Of a stretch of DNA of 64,000 bases, positions 11,201 to 20,414 are shown one piece after another. Source of the DNA: Candidatus Bathyarchaeia archaeon (GTDB lineage Archaea > Thermoproteota > Bathyarchaeia > Bathyarchaeales > Bathycorpusculaceae); assembly GCA_050012255.1 (NCBI GenBank), contig JBEKHN010000001.1, forward strand, positions 160,001 through 224,000, written 5' to 3'. The first letter of the stretch is position 1. Every line of letters starts with the position of its first letter. The notes under the pieces were generated by a model that was not told where the DNA came from, searched no databases, and was given only the letters and a program-made list of their open reading frames with translations. The position numbers and the translations under genes are program-made.

Positions 11201-12087
11201 GCGTTGTTGCCGCTCACAGTGTTGTCTGAAGAAATGTCGAGATTGATGCCATTTCCATTTTCCGTTGCACTGTTCCCGCTGATAATGTTGTTTCCATTCG
11301 AAAAAGTCATAACGTCGATTCCAATGCTGTTTGCGGTTACGTTGTTTCCGTTAACGATACTATCGTATGTATGGTACAGGCTGATGCCAGTATGGTTGTT
11401 TGCTTTGGCGTAGTTTCCGAAGACAACGTTCTTTCGATAATAAAGAATGCTGATGCCATCGTCGCCGTTTCCCGTTGCATTGTTCCAGCAAACAGTGTTA
11501 TTGGAAGCGAAGATAAGCCCAATCCCCTTATTGCCATTCGCCATTGCATTGTTATCTGTGATCACAGTTGTGTTCGAAGTGTCGACAATGATACCACAAT
11601 TACTGTTTGCTGATACATTGTTCGAGACAACAGTGTTGTTTATTGAAGACTTGAGGAAGATGCCATCGGTGTTTGCTGTTACATTGTTCCCACTGACGAC
11701 GATGTTTGAACAAAAGTAGAAAATGAAGCCGCGATAAAAGCCTTTGACGTTGACGTTTTTGACTGTCACGTTACTTATAACCATAAACTGCAGGCCATAG
11801 GTAAAGTCGGTCTGGTTCCCTTGCACTGTGTAGCCGTTTCCATCAATCACGGTATTGTTTCTTTGGACAATTATCCCGAAGTATGTTGGGTAGCTGATGT
11901 CGCCAGTGAAGGTGTACGTGACGTTGTCAGAGCTTGAGATAGGCGCAGAAGAAGGAACGACACTTCCATCACTCTTAATGTAAACGGTCACATCTGCTGC
12001 TCTGGCTGGTCTAACGTCAAACGCCAAACTGAATGTGCCCACCAGAAACAGTGTAAGCATTACCCCAGAAACTAGCCTCTTCAACAA
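8272..12087 (-). CDS. Large secreted protein: NosD/parallel beta-helix + PQQ-type beta-propeller + second beta-helix + C-terminal dockerin-like domain
   Basis: Signal peptide, Asn-rich GNNxTAN repeats, two WDxGYPSGGNYW motifs, SSPAVADGKVYVGS repeats, duplicated DxxGDxxVDIYD. Confidence 0.85.
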   Translation of the reverse strand: MLKRLVSGVMLTLFLVGTFSLAFDVRPARAADVTVYIKSDGSVVPSSAPISSSDNVTYTFTGDISYPTYFGIIVQRNNTVIDGNGYTVQGNQTDFTYGLQFMVISNVTVKNVNVKGFYRGFIFYFCSNIVVSGNNVTANTDGIFLKSSINNTVVSNNVSANSNCGIIVDTSNTTVITDNNAMANGNKGIGLIFASNNTVCWNNATGNGDDGISILYYRKNVVFGNYAKANNHTGISLYHTYDSIVNGNNVTANSIGIDVMTFSNGNNIISGNSATENGNGINLDISSDNTVSGNNATANSYGIVLHYSNRTMIIGNNASANTQDGIVLSGGPDNESYNNTVSGNSVTANNYGIYLYSSGPGYDHVRGSTVSGNNVAANTLDGIGLYYCSNNTVSGNNATANSYGIYLSSSSNTTLYHNNFMNNTHQAYSFNSNNTWDNGYPSGGNYWSDYNGTDLYRGPHQNETASDGIGDTPYSIDGNNRDNYPLMQPWSAHSTRYSWPMFHNNLERTGQSRSPAPNTNQTLWTFTTGMNIRISSPAVVDGKVYIGSMDHNVYCLDALTGVLVWNYTTGSMVLSSPAVADGKVYVGSLGGDRNVYCLDALTGVRIWNYTTGGGVSSSPAIADGKVYFGSQDFNVYCLNALTGVRVWNYTTGNTVDTSPSVVNGKVYVGSEDFNVYCLDALTGIRVWNYTTGGVLRGISPAVVDGKVYFGSFDKNIYCLDALTGASVWNYTTGDTVGSSPAVADGKVYIGSYDNNLYCLDASTGICVWNYTTAGSIMYSAPAVADGKVYVGSDDSHVYCLNASTGACIWNYHTGFSVDSSPAVADGVVYVGSEDKKVYAFGHTVRVPEDFQTVQEAINAATAGDTVWIAPGIYHESIIINKTVTLIGKPGSEPTFDGGGSGIAITIVPSGSGSTIAGITITSWNQGILVNGASGCKIYDNIMSLITQNGITLQGSNASNNLIYSNIFENDNIAVSLTSSTSNNTITGNIISLGSVGLDVESGGNVVYANIIIENELAIDIKNSNGNKFYHNDFISNNITLSISTSTGNVWDDGYPSGGNYWACGISMDNFSGPQQNIPGSDGIVDIPYTVATNNVDNYPLLKPFGLHSIGITSFITLKTVVGKSFNFTANVKIQNLGLCNETFVFTVSANQTVVTQQLVSASTRDSVTLATTWNTKNCAFGNYNLTVVAGPVWDETDTADNSFSLKVIVTIPGDLQGDFVVDIYDAIILAGAFNSNLGSPKWNANADINGDLTVDIYDAIILAGHFNQHYP
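9580..10520 (-). repeat. About 8 tandem ~120-bp intragenic repeats encoding beta-propeller blades
   Basis: Recurrent gtagttcca...tagactt motifs at ~120-nt period; protein repeat WNYTTG..SSPAVADGKVYxGSxD.NVYCLDALTG. Confidence 0.85.
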
Positions 12088-12274
12088 CCCTTTCTCCTAC
12101 TAGTAGTTGGTTCAATCACCAAATATCATTTGTGGAGAAATCTTCTATAGCATCGTTTTGTATCCGCATGATTCACTGATTTTAAATAGCGCGCGCTCAG
12201 CTAACTCCTATTCTTCTTCTGTAGGTGTTTGTACGCAGTCGGTTACTGGATAAATGAACGCTTCACGGTTCGAG

Positions 12275-14242
12275 CTATGGAATGTGTTGGTTGAAGTGGC
12301 CTGAGAGTAATATGGCGTCGTAGATGTCCACGGTGCCGTCGCAGTTTATGTCTGCGTTGGCGTTCCACTTTCTCATGCCTGGACTGGAGTTGAAGGCGCC
12401 AGATAGCCTTATGGCGTCATAGATGTCAACAGTGCCATCGCCGTTTATGTCGCCAGAGATGCCAACGTAGATTGTGCCGCCCGTCAGGTTGTTGTCTGAC
12501 GTGTCTGTTTCGTTCAAGACGGACCAAGCATAGACGCTTATCGTGTAGTTGCCATAAGCAAGACCGGCGGTGTTAATTGTGAAGGTGATGGTCGTGGAAT
12601 TTCTGCTCGTCAGGGTTACTTGTGTCTGATTGATTGCAGTTGTGTTAGTGTAGACTGTGACGTTGAAGGTCTCTGACTGTTCGCCATAGTTCAGTATTTT
12701 TGCACTCATGTTCATGCAATATCCTTGACCGACGGTTGGCATTGGCAGGCAACCATTCTTAGAAGTTGCGGCATACGTTATCCCGATGTCATGCGGTCCA
12801 GCATAGGGCTTCATAAGCGGATAATTATCCGTGTTGTTTAGATCGATAACGTATGGAGTGTCACCTATTCCATCGCTGCCAGTCTTATTCTGATAAGTCC
12901 CACTATACAAGTCTGTCCCAATGTAGTCGCTCCAGTAGTTTCCGCCAGAAGGATAACCATCATCCCAAACGTTTATCGATGATGACCCATAGATCCAAGT
13001 TTGTACAGCATTGTCTACGAAGCTGTTATGATAAAGGCTGTTATTGGCAGACCACTCCAAATAGATTCCGCGACGGCCAGATGCTATGTTATTTTCTAAG
13101 ATAATGTTGTAACAGGATTGATAGAGATCGATACCGCTGCCTCCATACCATACAGGAATCCATCCATAATCAGTGTCCGTTATATTGTTTCCAATAATTC
13201 TGTTGTTTGAACAGCCCCAAAGTCCGATACCCCAACCGTTGCGTGCTATATTGTTTTCAATGATGCAATTGGTAGATGCATAGTTCAATGAGATGCCCCT
13301 CCAGTTGTTTGTTATATTGTTTTCAGATATTGTGTTGTTTGAAGAGGAGAGGGCTATGGCATACTCGTTGTTTAGCGCTATGCCACACCCGTTGTTTGTT
13401 ATGTTGTTTCCTGAGATTGTGGTGTTGTTTGTCTCCCATAGTTGAACGCCAATGCTAGTGTTGGATAGGTTGAGGTTTTCCACGGTCACGTTGTTGCATT
13501 TGACGAGTATGACTTGCCCAGCATCCTCAACCGCATAGTCTGACACTTCCTCAAGATAGACTATGGGTTTGCCGTTCACCAAGTTATCAGTCACCACATT
13601 CCCATAGGAATCAGACACTACTAAGCCGCCATTGACAAACGTGTTCCCGCTTACGCTGTTGTTAGAAGAATAATCGAGACAGATGCCATACCCGTTGTTT
13701 GCTGTTATGTTGTTTCCGCTTACGCTATTGTTAGAAGAAGAAGAGAGCCAGATGCAATGCCAGCTGTTTGCTGTTATGTTGTTTCCAGAAATGCTGTTGC
13801 TTGAAGAAGAGTAAAGCATGATGCCATTCCCGTTGTTTGCTGTTATGTTATTTCCACTTATGTTGTTATAGTTTGAAGATCCAAGGAGGTAGATGTCGTA
13901 CCCGAAACCTCTGATGTCCGTGTTTTTGATCGTCACATTGTTTCTTCCAGAAAGATCTATCCCTCTGTACTCCCAACCTCCACCATCTCCTTGTAGCGTG
14001 TAGCCTGCCCCGTCAACCACAATGTTGTCTCTTTCCACGGCAATCTCGTCAAGAATGTTACCCGCAAAAGTGTAGGTGACATTGTCAAACGTTGTTATAG
14101 GTGCATCTGGCGGGTCTATGCTTCCGTCAGCCCTAATGTAAATGGTTCCACTTGCTCTGACGGGTTGAATTCTAAGCGCCAGTGCCAACATGCTCATTAC
14201 AAGCAAAAACAGCATTACTCCAGAAACGGTCTTCCGCAACAA
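12275..14242 (-). CDS. Secreted NosD/beta-helix protein with C-terminal dockerin-like domain
   Basis: TTG start after GGAGG, signal peptide resembling the neighbour (LRKTVSGVM), GNNITAN repeats, WDDGYPSGGNYW, GDINGDGTVDIYD repeat. Confidence 0.85.
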   Translation of the reverse strand: MLRKTVSGVMLFLLVMSMLALALRIQPVRASGTIYIRADGSIDPPDAPITTFDNVTYTFAGNILDEIAVERDNIVVDGAGYTLQGDGGGWEYRGIDLSGRNNVTIKNTDIRGFGYDIYLLGSSNYNNISGNNITANNGNGIMLYSSSSNSISGNNITANSWHCIWLSSSSNNSVSGNNITANNGYGICLDYSSNNSVSGNTFVNGGLVVSDSYGNVVTDNLVNGKPIVYLEEVSDYAVEDAGQVILVKCNNVTVENLNLSNTSIGVQLWETNNTTISGNNITNNGCGIALNNEYAIALSSSNNTISENNITNNWRGISLNYASTNCIIENNIARNGWGIGLWGCSNNRIIGNNITDTDYGWIPVWYGGSGIDLYQSCYNIILENNIASGRRGIYLEWSANNSLYHNSFVDNAVQTWIYGSSSINVWDDGYPSGGNYWSDYIGTDLYSGTYQNKTGSDGIGDTPYVIDLNNTDNYPLMKPYAGPHDIGITYAATSKNGCLPMPTVGQGYCMNMSAKILNYGEQSETFNVTVYTNTTAINQTQVTLTSRNSTTITFTINTAGLAYGNYTISVYAWSVLNETDTSDNNLTGGTIYVGISGDINGDGTVDIYDAIRLSGAFNSSPGMRKWNANADINCDGTVDIYDAILLSGHFNQHIP

Positions 14243-14627
14243 TTCGAACCTCCTTCCTCCAAAGTCTCGATCAACGCGCGTCGATAAAAGAGTTTTGAAT
14301 AGGTCATCCAACATCATCCCGTTCACGGTTTCTATTCGCACCATCTGTAATGCGGACTCAGGTGCGATGCTCTGCTCAAAATATTCAATCAGCCTCAAAC
14401 GACCTTCGCACCTATGCACTCTGTCTAGCTCTCAGCATAGTCTATTGCGTCTTTTCCTCTTGCTGGCTAGAAGAAGGCTCCTCCGCCGTTGTAGCACTTC
14501 CCCATTGAGAGGCGCGAGCTTCTTTCTGCTGGTCAAAGTTTAGATTAAAGAGCATAACAAAGTTGGAAACTGCATCCGATCTCTCGCTCTTCAGAGAAAA
14601 AAGATGACTGAAAGTGTTTCTGCGCCA

Positions 14628-15884
14628 CTACGGCCAGAGACCCAGCGTCCTAATCGCCTCGGCTACTCTTCCCACACCGAGCATCAACGCCCCCGTTCGC
14701 ATGTCACTCTCCTCTTCCCTGGCCGTCTTGTGAACGTCGTTGAAAGCCTTGATCATCTTGCCCTCCAGTTTCCGGTTCACATCCTCCAACGTCCAATGTT
14801 CTCGCGTCAGATTCTGAACCCACTCAAAGTAGCTCGTCGCAACGCCTCCAGAGTTTGCCAAGATGTCTGGAATGAGAACGATTCCCTTCTCGTGAAGAGC
14901 TCTGTCGGCTTCAGGCGTTGTCGGCCCGTTTGCACCCTCGACAACAATTTTGGCTTTGACCTTGTCTGCGTTCGTTTTCTTTATCTGGTTTTCTAAGGCT
15001 GCGGGGATAAGTATGTCGCATCTTGCTTCAAGGACATCCTCGTTCGTTATGTTCTGGCTTCCCTTGTAGTTGATCACCGAACCCGTTTTCGATTTGTGCT
15101 TGTAGACATCGTAAGGGTTCAGACCCCTTGCAGAGTAGATTCCTCCTACTGAATCACTCACTGCAACGACCTTGGAACCAAGGTCATAGGCTATCTTGGC
15201 AGCGTTCCAGCCCACGTTGCCAAAGCCTTGCACCGCGACCGTGGCTCCTCTAAGCTTCAGGCCTAACTGCTTCGCTGCTTCTCTTGCGCATACTACCACG
15301 CCGAGTGAGGTGGCTTCGGCTCTGCCTTCTGAACCGCCGATGCTTATGGGTTTCCCCGTGACACATTCTGGAACGCTGTACCCTTTGATCTGGCTGTAGG
15401 TGTCCATTATCCAAGCCATGGTTTGAGCGTCGGTGTACACGTCCGGTGCGGGCACGTCGCGATACGGCCCAATAAAATCGAAGAGAAGCGTCGTGAATCG
15501 TCTAGTCAGTCGCTCCAGCTCGCCTTTCGACATTTTCTTTGGGTTGCAGCACACTCCACCCTTGGCGCCGCCGTACGGAATGTCCACGACCGCACATTTC
15601 CACGTCATCCAAATCGCTAAGGCAGTGACCTCATCAAACGTGACATTCGGATGATACCTTATTCCACCCTTGAACGGCCCCCTCGCATCCCAATGCTGCA
15701 CTCGGCAACCCGTGAAAACGTTAATGTTGCCATCGTCCATTTTCACCGTGATGGAGACTATAAGGGATCTCTTGGGACGTGCTAACATGCAGTGCAATCC
15801 GGGGTCAAGGTCGAGTTTCTCAGCAGCTATCCTCAACTGCTCCAATGCTACTGCTAACGCTGTCTGCGTCTCTACCATAGACAA
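14628..15884 (-). CDS. gdhA: Glutamate dehydrogenase (Glu/Leu/Phe/Val family)
   Basis: GPFKGGIRYHP, GGAKGG, DVPAPD, QGFGNVG, EGANGP, SYFEWVQN. Confidence 0.93.
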   Translation of the reverse strand: MSMVETQTALAVALEQLRIAAEKLDLDPGLHCMLARPKRSLIVSITVKMDDGNINVFTGCRVQHWDARGPFKGGIRYHPNVTFDEVTALAIWMTWKCAVVDIPYGGAKGGVCCNPKKMSKGELERLTRRFTTLLFDFIGPYRDVPAPDVYTDAQTMAWIMDTYSQIKGYSVPECVTGKPISIGGSEGRAEATSLGVVVCAREAAKQLGLKLRGATVAVQGFGNVGWNAAKIAYDLGSKVVAVSDSVGGIYSARGLNPYDVYKHKSKTGSVINYKGSQNITNEDVLEARCDILIPAALENQIKKTNADKVKAKIVVEGANGPTTPEADRALHEKGIVLIPDILANSGGVATSYFEWVQNLTREHWTLEDVNRKLEGKMIKAFNDVHKTAREEESDMRTGALMLGVGRVAEAIRTLGLWP

Positions 15885-15967
15885 TTACTCCAACGATCCT
15901 CTGTCTGCTTGACGTTATTAATATTACGCGTCGCTTCAGAAATCAAAAAAGAAAAATAGGGTTGGTG

Positions 15968-17575
15968 CTAGCCGAGGATTCTTTCGACTGCATCTTTTTC
16001 TACTTCATCTGGCATCGGTACGCCTGTAACTTTTGCAGCTCTTTCGGACAGGCTCATCAGGTCGTTTCTGCCGATAAGATCCAGCTTCCACTTTCTGTTT
16101 CCAGCCAGCATTTGCTTGAGCCCGACGCCGATTCTGTCTGTTAGGTAGGTGTAGACTCCGACGGCTTCCCATGGTATCTCCTTGAAGCGCGCTCCGTACT
16201 TAGCCTTCAAATCCGGTGCGGCAATGAAGAATTTGTCTGGCGTAGCCCCGAACTTGTCTGCAAATGCCTTTGGCAGCTTCCCTTCTTCAGCTAGCTGCTT
16301 GAAGTAGCTTCCTTTGAAAGCTGCGGTTATCGGCGAGCGTCCGAGAAGTACTGCCTTGATGAACGGGCCTTCTCCGAAGTTGCTCATCGCGATCGCCTTG
16401 AAGATGGATGTCTCTTCTATGAAGCCTCCTGCCATAACCAGGTCTGGAACATAGCGTCCCTTCTTCTTCAGTATCTGTGCACATTTTAGAACCAAAGCTT
16501 CCAAGTAGACTGTCGGTATGCTCATTTCGTCCATCATCGGTACAGGGCTCATGCCTGTTCCGCCGCCTGCGCCGTCGAATGAGACATAATCGATTTTCGC
16601 TTCAGACGCTATCTTCATGGTGTAGGCAACGGCTGAAGGCCTGTAGGCCCCCGTCTTCAGTGTGACATGCTTTGCGCCTTGCTTTCTCAGCCACTCGATG
16701 TCCTCGACAAAGCTTTTCTCCTGTGGAATGCCCACCCTGCTGTGCCTTTCAAAGGACTTGAATACTCCATCCTTGAAAGCTTCTTGAACAGTCTTGTCTT
16801 CCGGATCGGGAATCACGATATAACCTCTCTTTTTCAACAATATGGCTTTTTCCAAGTCTCTGACTCGCACTTCGCCGCCAATTGCCTTTGCACCCTGTCC
16901 CCACTTTCTCTCGATGACGTTCACTTCCAGCTTTGAGATAGCGTAGACATCGACGCCAAGCCTCTGATCTTCCACGTTTGTTTGAACAACCACCTCTCCG
17001 TACTTCTTGTCCCAGAACTTTCGGAACAGATCCACTCTTCGCTTCAACTCTTCCGAATGGGTGACTTTTCCGCCGGTGATCTGGGCCTTAGCGTCCATAC
17101 CACAAACATTCTCTCCAACGATTACGGACGCACCGGAGAGCGCAGCTCCGACAGCCAAGCCTTCCCAGTTCAGTCTTGCAACGTCTGTTGAACCGAATGC
17201 ACCGTTCAGGATCGGCACTTTCAACGGTATGCCACCCACTTTGGTCTCTATGTTCACGTTCGGGAAAACGGTCAGGTCCGAGTTAGGCTCAATGCCCTGC
17301 GCATCGAATAGGCCTGCTTGTATGTTGAAGTGCGACCAGTCCAAACCGAAGTCTTTCAGTGCACCAGCGGTGCTGTAACCAAACTGCACCGGTTCTGGAT
17401 AAAGTGCCTCTCTTCCCCTGAAGGCTGACATGCTTATTTCACACAAGAATGGACAGTCTCGAATGCAAATGGGGCACATTCCGCTCGTCGGGCTTGTATC
17501 TTTGACACGCGTTTGCGTTCCACACGTTGACTTGCCGTTCAGATAAGCACTGTTTTTATGCACACGTTCCGACAT
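15968..17575 (-). CDS. FMN-binding glutamate synthase family protein (stand-alone, N-terminal Cys cluster)
   Basis: CPICIRDCPFLC, ERKWGQGAKAIGGE, KTGAY, DGAGGGTGMSP. Confidence 0.85.
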   Translation of the reverse strand: MSERVHKNSAYLNGKSTCGTQTRVKDTSPTSGMCPICIRDCPFLCEISMSAFRGREALYPEPVQFGYSTAGALKDFGLDWSHFNIQAGLFDAQGIEPNSDLTVFPNVNIETKVGGIPLKVPILNGAFGSTDVARLNWEGLAVGAALSGASVIVGENVCGMDAKAQITGGKVTHSEELKRRVDLFRKFWDKKYGEVVVQTNVEDQRLGVDVYAISKLEVNVIERKWGQGAKAIGGEVRVRDLEKAILLKKRGYIVIPDPEDKTVQEAFKDGVFKSFERHSRVGIPQEKSFVEDIEWLRKQGAKHVTLKTGAYRPSAVAYTMKIASEAKIDYVSFDGAGGGTGMSPVPMMDEMSIPTVYLEALVLKCAQILKKKGRYVPDLVMAGGFIEETSIFKAIAMSNFGEGPFIKAVLLGRSPITAAFKGSYFKQLAEEGKLPKAFADKFGATPDKFFIAAPDLKAKYGARFKEIPWEAVGVYTYLTDRIGVGLKQMLAGNRKWKLDLIGRNDLMSLSERAAKVTGVPMPDEVEKDAVERILG

Positions 17576-17790
17576 CTTTCTCTCTCCCTTCAAATTTTCA
17601 GTTTTTTAGCGCAAAGTGAGTAAAATCAGTCAGCATTTAAGCGTTACTTTGAGCGAGAAAGGAAACATCCTTCAGAACCAACGATTTTTCCAACACAAAG
17701 CCACGAAAATAGAGGAATGCAGGCTTCTCTGCTCAAATATACTTTTATTAGCACATGAAAACTACGTATAAACTAGGAGGATAATTCAGG

Positions 17791-18762
17791 TTGAGTTTTG
17801 AGATGTGGGCTGAAAAGTACAGGCCCAAAAAGTTGAGCGAGATGGTCGATCAAAAGGAGATTGTCGAACGCTTAAAGAGTTTCACTAAGTCAAGAAACGT
17901 GCCGCATTGCATCTTTGCTGGCCCGCCTGGAACAGGGAAGACAACGGCTGCTCTCTGCCTAACAAGAGATCTTTATGGTGATGTGTATAGAGAGCATATT
18001 ATGGAGTTGAACGCGAGTGACGAGAGAGGAATTGATGTTGTTCGGGAAACTGTGAAGACTTTTGCTAGAGTGAAATCTATCGGAGACATCCCGTTTAAGG
18101 TAATGATTCTGGACGAAGCGGACAACATGACCTCAGACGCACAGCAAGCTCTTAGGCGAACGATGGAACGCTTCACGGCAACATGCCGTTTTGTCCTGTG
18201 CGCAAACTATAGCGGAAGAATAATAGAACCCATCCAGTCAAGATGCGCACCCTTCCGTTTCACTCATTTGCCCAGAGAAGAGCAGGACCGCTATTTGAAG
18301 GAGATTGCTGAAAAAGAAAAATTGAAGATCTCATCTGATGGCTTAGACGCTATCTTTGAAGTCTGTGGCGGAGACTTGAGAAGGGCAATCAACACCCTGC
18401 AGTCTGCCGCGTCGTTGAGTAAACCCATAGATGCAAAAATCGTGTATTCAATAACCGGAAGGGCCAGTCCGGCAGACGTGCAAAAAATGATCAAGGTTGC
18501 CGTGGATGGCGATTTTGTGGAAGCGAGAAAGCAGTTGCGCGACATGATTCAGAAATACGGCGTGTCTGGAAGTGACCTGATTCGCCAAATCCACACAGAA
18601 ATCTTCAGATCAGACACGCCTGAAAAGTGGAAGATCAGGCTTGCGGGCATCGTTGGTGAAGTGGACTATAGACTTGTTGAGGGCGCGGATGAAGAGGTGC
18701 AGTTGAGCGCACTGTTGGCTAAGCTTGTTGAAGCAGGTGACGAACTAAAGAACGCAGAATAG
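17791..18762 (+). CDS. rfcS: Replication factor C small subunit
   Basis: WAEKYRP, GPPGTGKT, ELNASDERG, LDEAD, QSRC. Confidence 0.96.
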   Translation: MSFEMWAEKYRPKKLSEMVDQKEIVERLKSFTKSRNVPHCIFAGPPGTGKTTAALCLTRDLYGDVYREHIMELNASDERGIDVVRETVKTFARVKSIGDIPFKVMILDEADNMTSDAQQALRRTMERFTATCRFVLCANYSGRIIEPIQSRCAPFRFTHLPREEQDRYLKEIAEKEKLKISSDGLDAIFEVCGGDLRRAINTLQSAASLSKPIDAKIVYSITGRASPADVQKMIKVAVDGDFVEARKQLRDMIQKYGVSGSDLIRQIHTEIFRSDTPEKWKIRLAGIVGEVDYRLVEGADEEVQLSALLAKLVEAGDELKNAE

Positions 18763-20031
18763 GTGCTAGACTTGTACGGCGTTTGGACCGTTAGACACAA
18801 ACCAAAATCACTGACCGAAATTGTAGGAAACACTGAAGTCATCCAGCAGTTTGTCAACTGGATAAAATCATGGGAAAAAGGCGTACCGAAAAAGAGGTGC
18901 GCATTTCTCTATGGATCGCCAGGCGTCGGAAAAACTGTCACTGTGGAAACTGCCGCAAGCGACTTTAAAATGGAGTTTGTAGAGAAAAACGCCAGCGACC
19001 ACCGAACCGAAGAAGCGATAAACCGCTTTGCTGGCCTTGCCTCGCAGTATGGATCTTTGTTCGGCGGAAAAAGAATCATCCTCCTAGACGAATTAGAGGG
19101 TTTGACTGGAACTGCAGACCGGGGAGGCGTCAAAGCGATAACTGACGTCGTGAAAACGGCACAGTGCCCTATCGTTCTAATCGCCAACAACGCGTACGAC
19201 CCACGTTTTTCTAGTCTTCGCAACTATTGCCTTCTCATGGAGTTCAAGAAACCACCTGCAAGTGAAGTCGCGAAACATCTCAAGAAGATTTGCGAAAAAG
19301 AGGGAATAGAATCAGATGAAAACGCGCTGAAGTTCATAGCTCAACGCTCGGGAGGCGACATACGTTCAGCTGTGAACGACCTTCAGGCTCTCGGGCAGGG
19401 CAGGAAGAGGCTAACCTACGAAGATGTTTCTTGGCTTGGCTACCGCGACCGACAAGACAGCATTTTCAACGTGTTAAGAATGATATTCTACGGTAAAACA
19501 TGCTTCGGAGCAAAGCAAGCGGTGGACATGGCTGACGTTGACGCTGACATGCTTTTTGAATGGGTCTACGAGAACGTTCCAGCGCACTTTACAGACCCAC
19601 ATGACTTGGCTAATGCCATGGACGCATTGGCAGTGGCGGATGTCTACCGTGGCAGAATCCGTACAACTAAAGACTGGAGCTTCATGCGTTATGTAATTGA
19701 CTACATGACAGCCGGCGTGGCGATGGCTAGACAGAGAACCAAAACATCTGGGTGGATACCGTTCAAGTTTCCCCAGCGCATACAGATGTTGTCAAGGTCC
19801 AGGGCTGAGCGTGCGGTTCAGCGCAACATAGGAGCCAAGATCAAGCGAAGATGCCACATTTCAACTGTCAGGGCATCGAAAGAGGTACTTCCCTACTTGA
19901 GAATAATCTTCAAGAACAACGTGGACATGGCAGCTGGACTTGCCAGATGGCTTGACCTAAACCAGGAAATGGTTGAATACATAGCTGGAAGCGAAGAAAA
20001 AGCTGAGGCAATAATCAAATTGACGAGCTAG
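18763..20031 (+). CDS. rfcL: Replication factor C large subunit
   Basis: GSPGVGKT, NASD, GDIRSAVNDLQ; follows rfcS; true start may be a TTG a few codons downstream. Confidence 0.93.
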   Translation: MLDLYGVWTVRHKPKSLTEIVGNTEVIQQFVNWIKSWEKGVPKKRCAFLYGSPGVGKTVTVETAASDFKMEFVEKNASDHRTEEAINRFAGLASQYGSLFGGKRIILLDELEGLTGTADRGGVKAITDVVKTAQCPIVLIANNAYDPRFSSLRNYCLLMEFKKPPASEVAKHLKKICEKEGIESDENALKFIAQRSGGDIRSAVNDLQALGQGRKRLTYEDVSWLGYRDRQDSIFNVLRMIFYGKTCFGAKQAVDMADVDADMLFEWVYENVPAHFTDPHDLANAMDALAVADVYRGRIRTTKDWSFMRYVIDYMTAGVAMARQRTKTSGWIPFKFPQRIQMLSRSRAERAVQRNIGAKIKRRCHISTVRASKEVLPYLRIIFKNNVDMAAGLARWLDLNQEMVEYIAGSEEKAEAIIKLTS

Positions 20032-20047
20032 AAAAGAGCTGTCTAGA

Positions 20048-20374
20048 TTAGTGTACCTTGCTGCCTTCCGCAATATCCTTCTCTGGTTGAAGAATCACAA
20101 CATTACCCTTGTCGTCTTCGGCCGCGAAGATCATGCACTGCGATTCTATTCCCATGAGTTTTCGTCTCTGTAAATTGAGGATGAAGGCGCATTTCTTGCC
20201 CACAAGTTGTTCAGGCTTGTACCATTGCAGCAGCCCTGCAACCGCCTGTCTCTTTTCAGTTCCAAAGTCAACAATCATTCTAATGAGGTTTCGGGAGCCT
20301 GGAATCTGATTCGCTTCCAAGATTTTCCCGACGCGGATGTCAAGCTTCTGAAACTCCTCAAACGATATCTCCAT
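20048..20374 (-). CDS. Stand-alone tRNA-binding OB-fold protein (Trbp111/CsaA/MetRS C-terminal-like)
   Basis: ISFEEFQKLDIRVGKI, NLQRRKLMGIESQCM, GSKV. Confidence 0.9.
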   Translation of the reverse strand: MEISFEEFQKLDIRVGKILEANQIPGSRNLIRMIVDFGTEKRQAVAGLLQWYKPEQLVGKKCAFILNLQRRKLMGIESQCMIFAAEDDKGNVVILQPEKDIAEGSKVH

Positions 20375-20414
20375 CGGCTAATCACCTTTTCGCACTTCTC
20401 ATTTGAGTCAGCTA

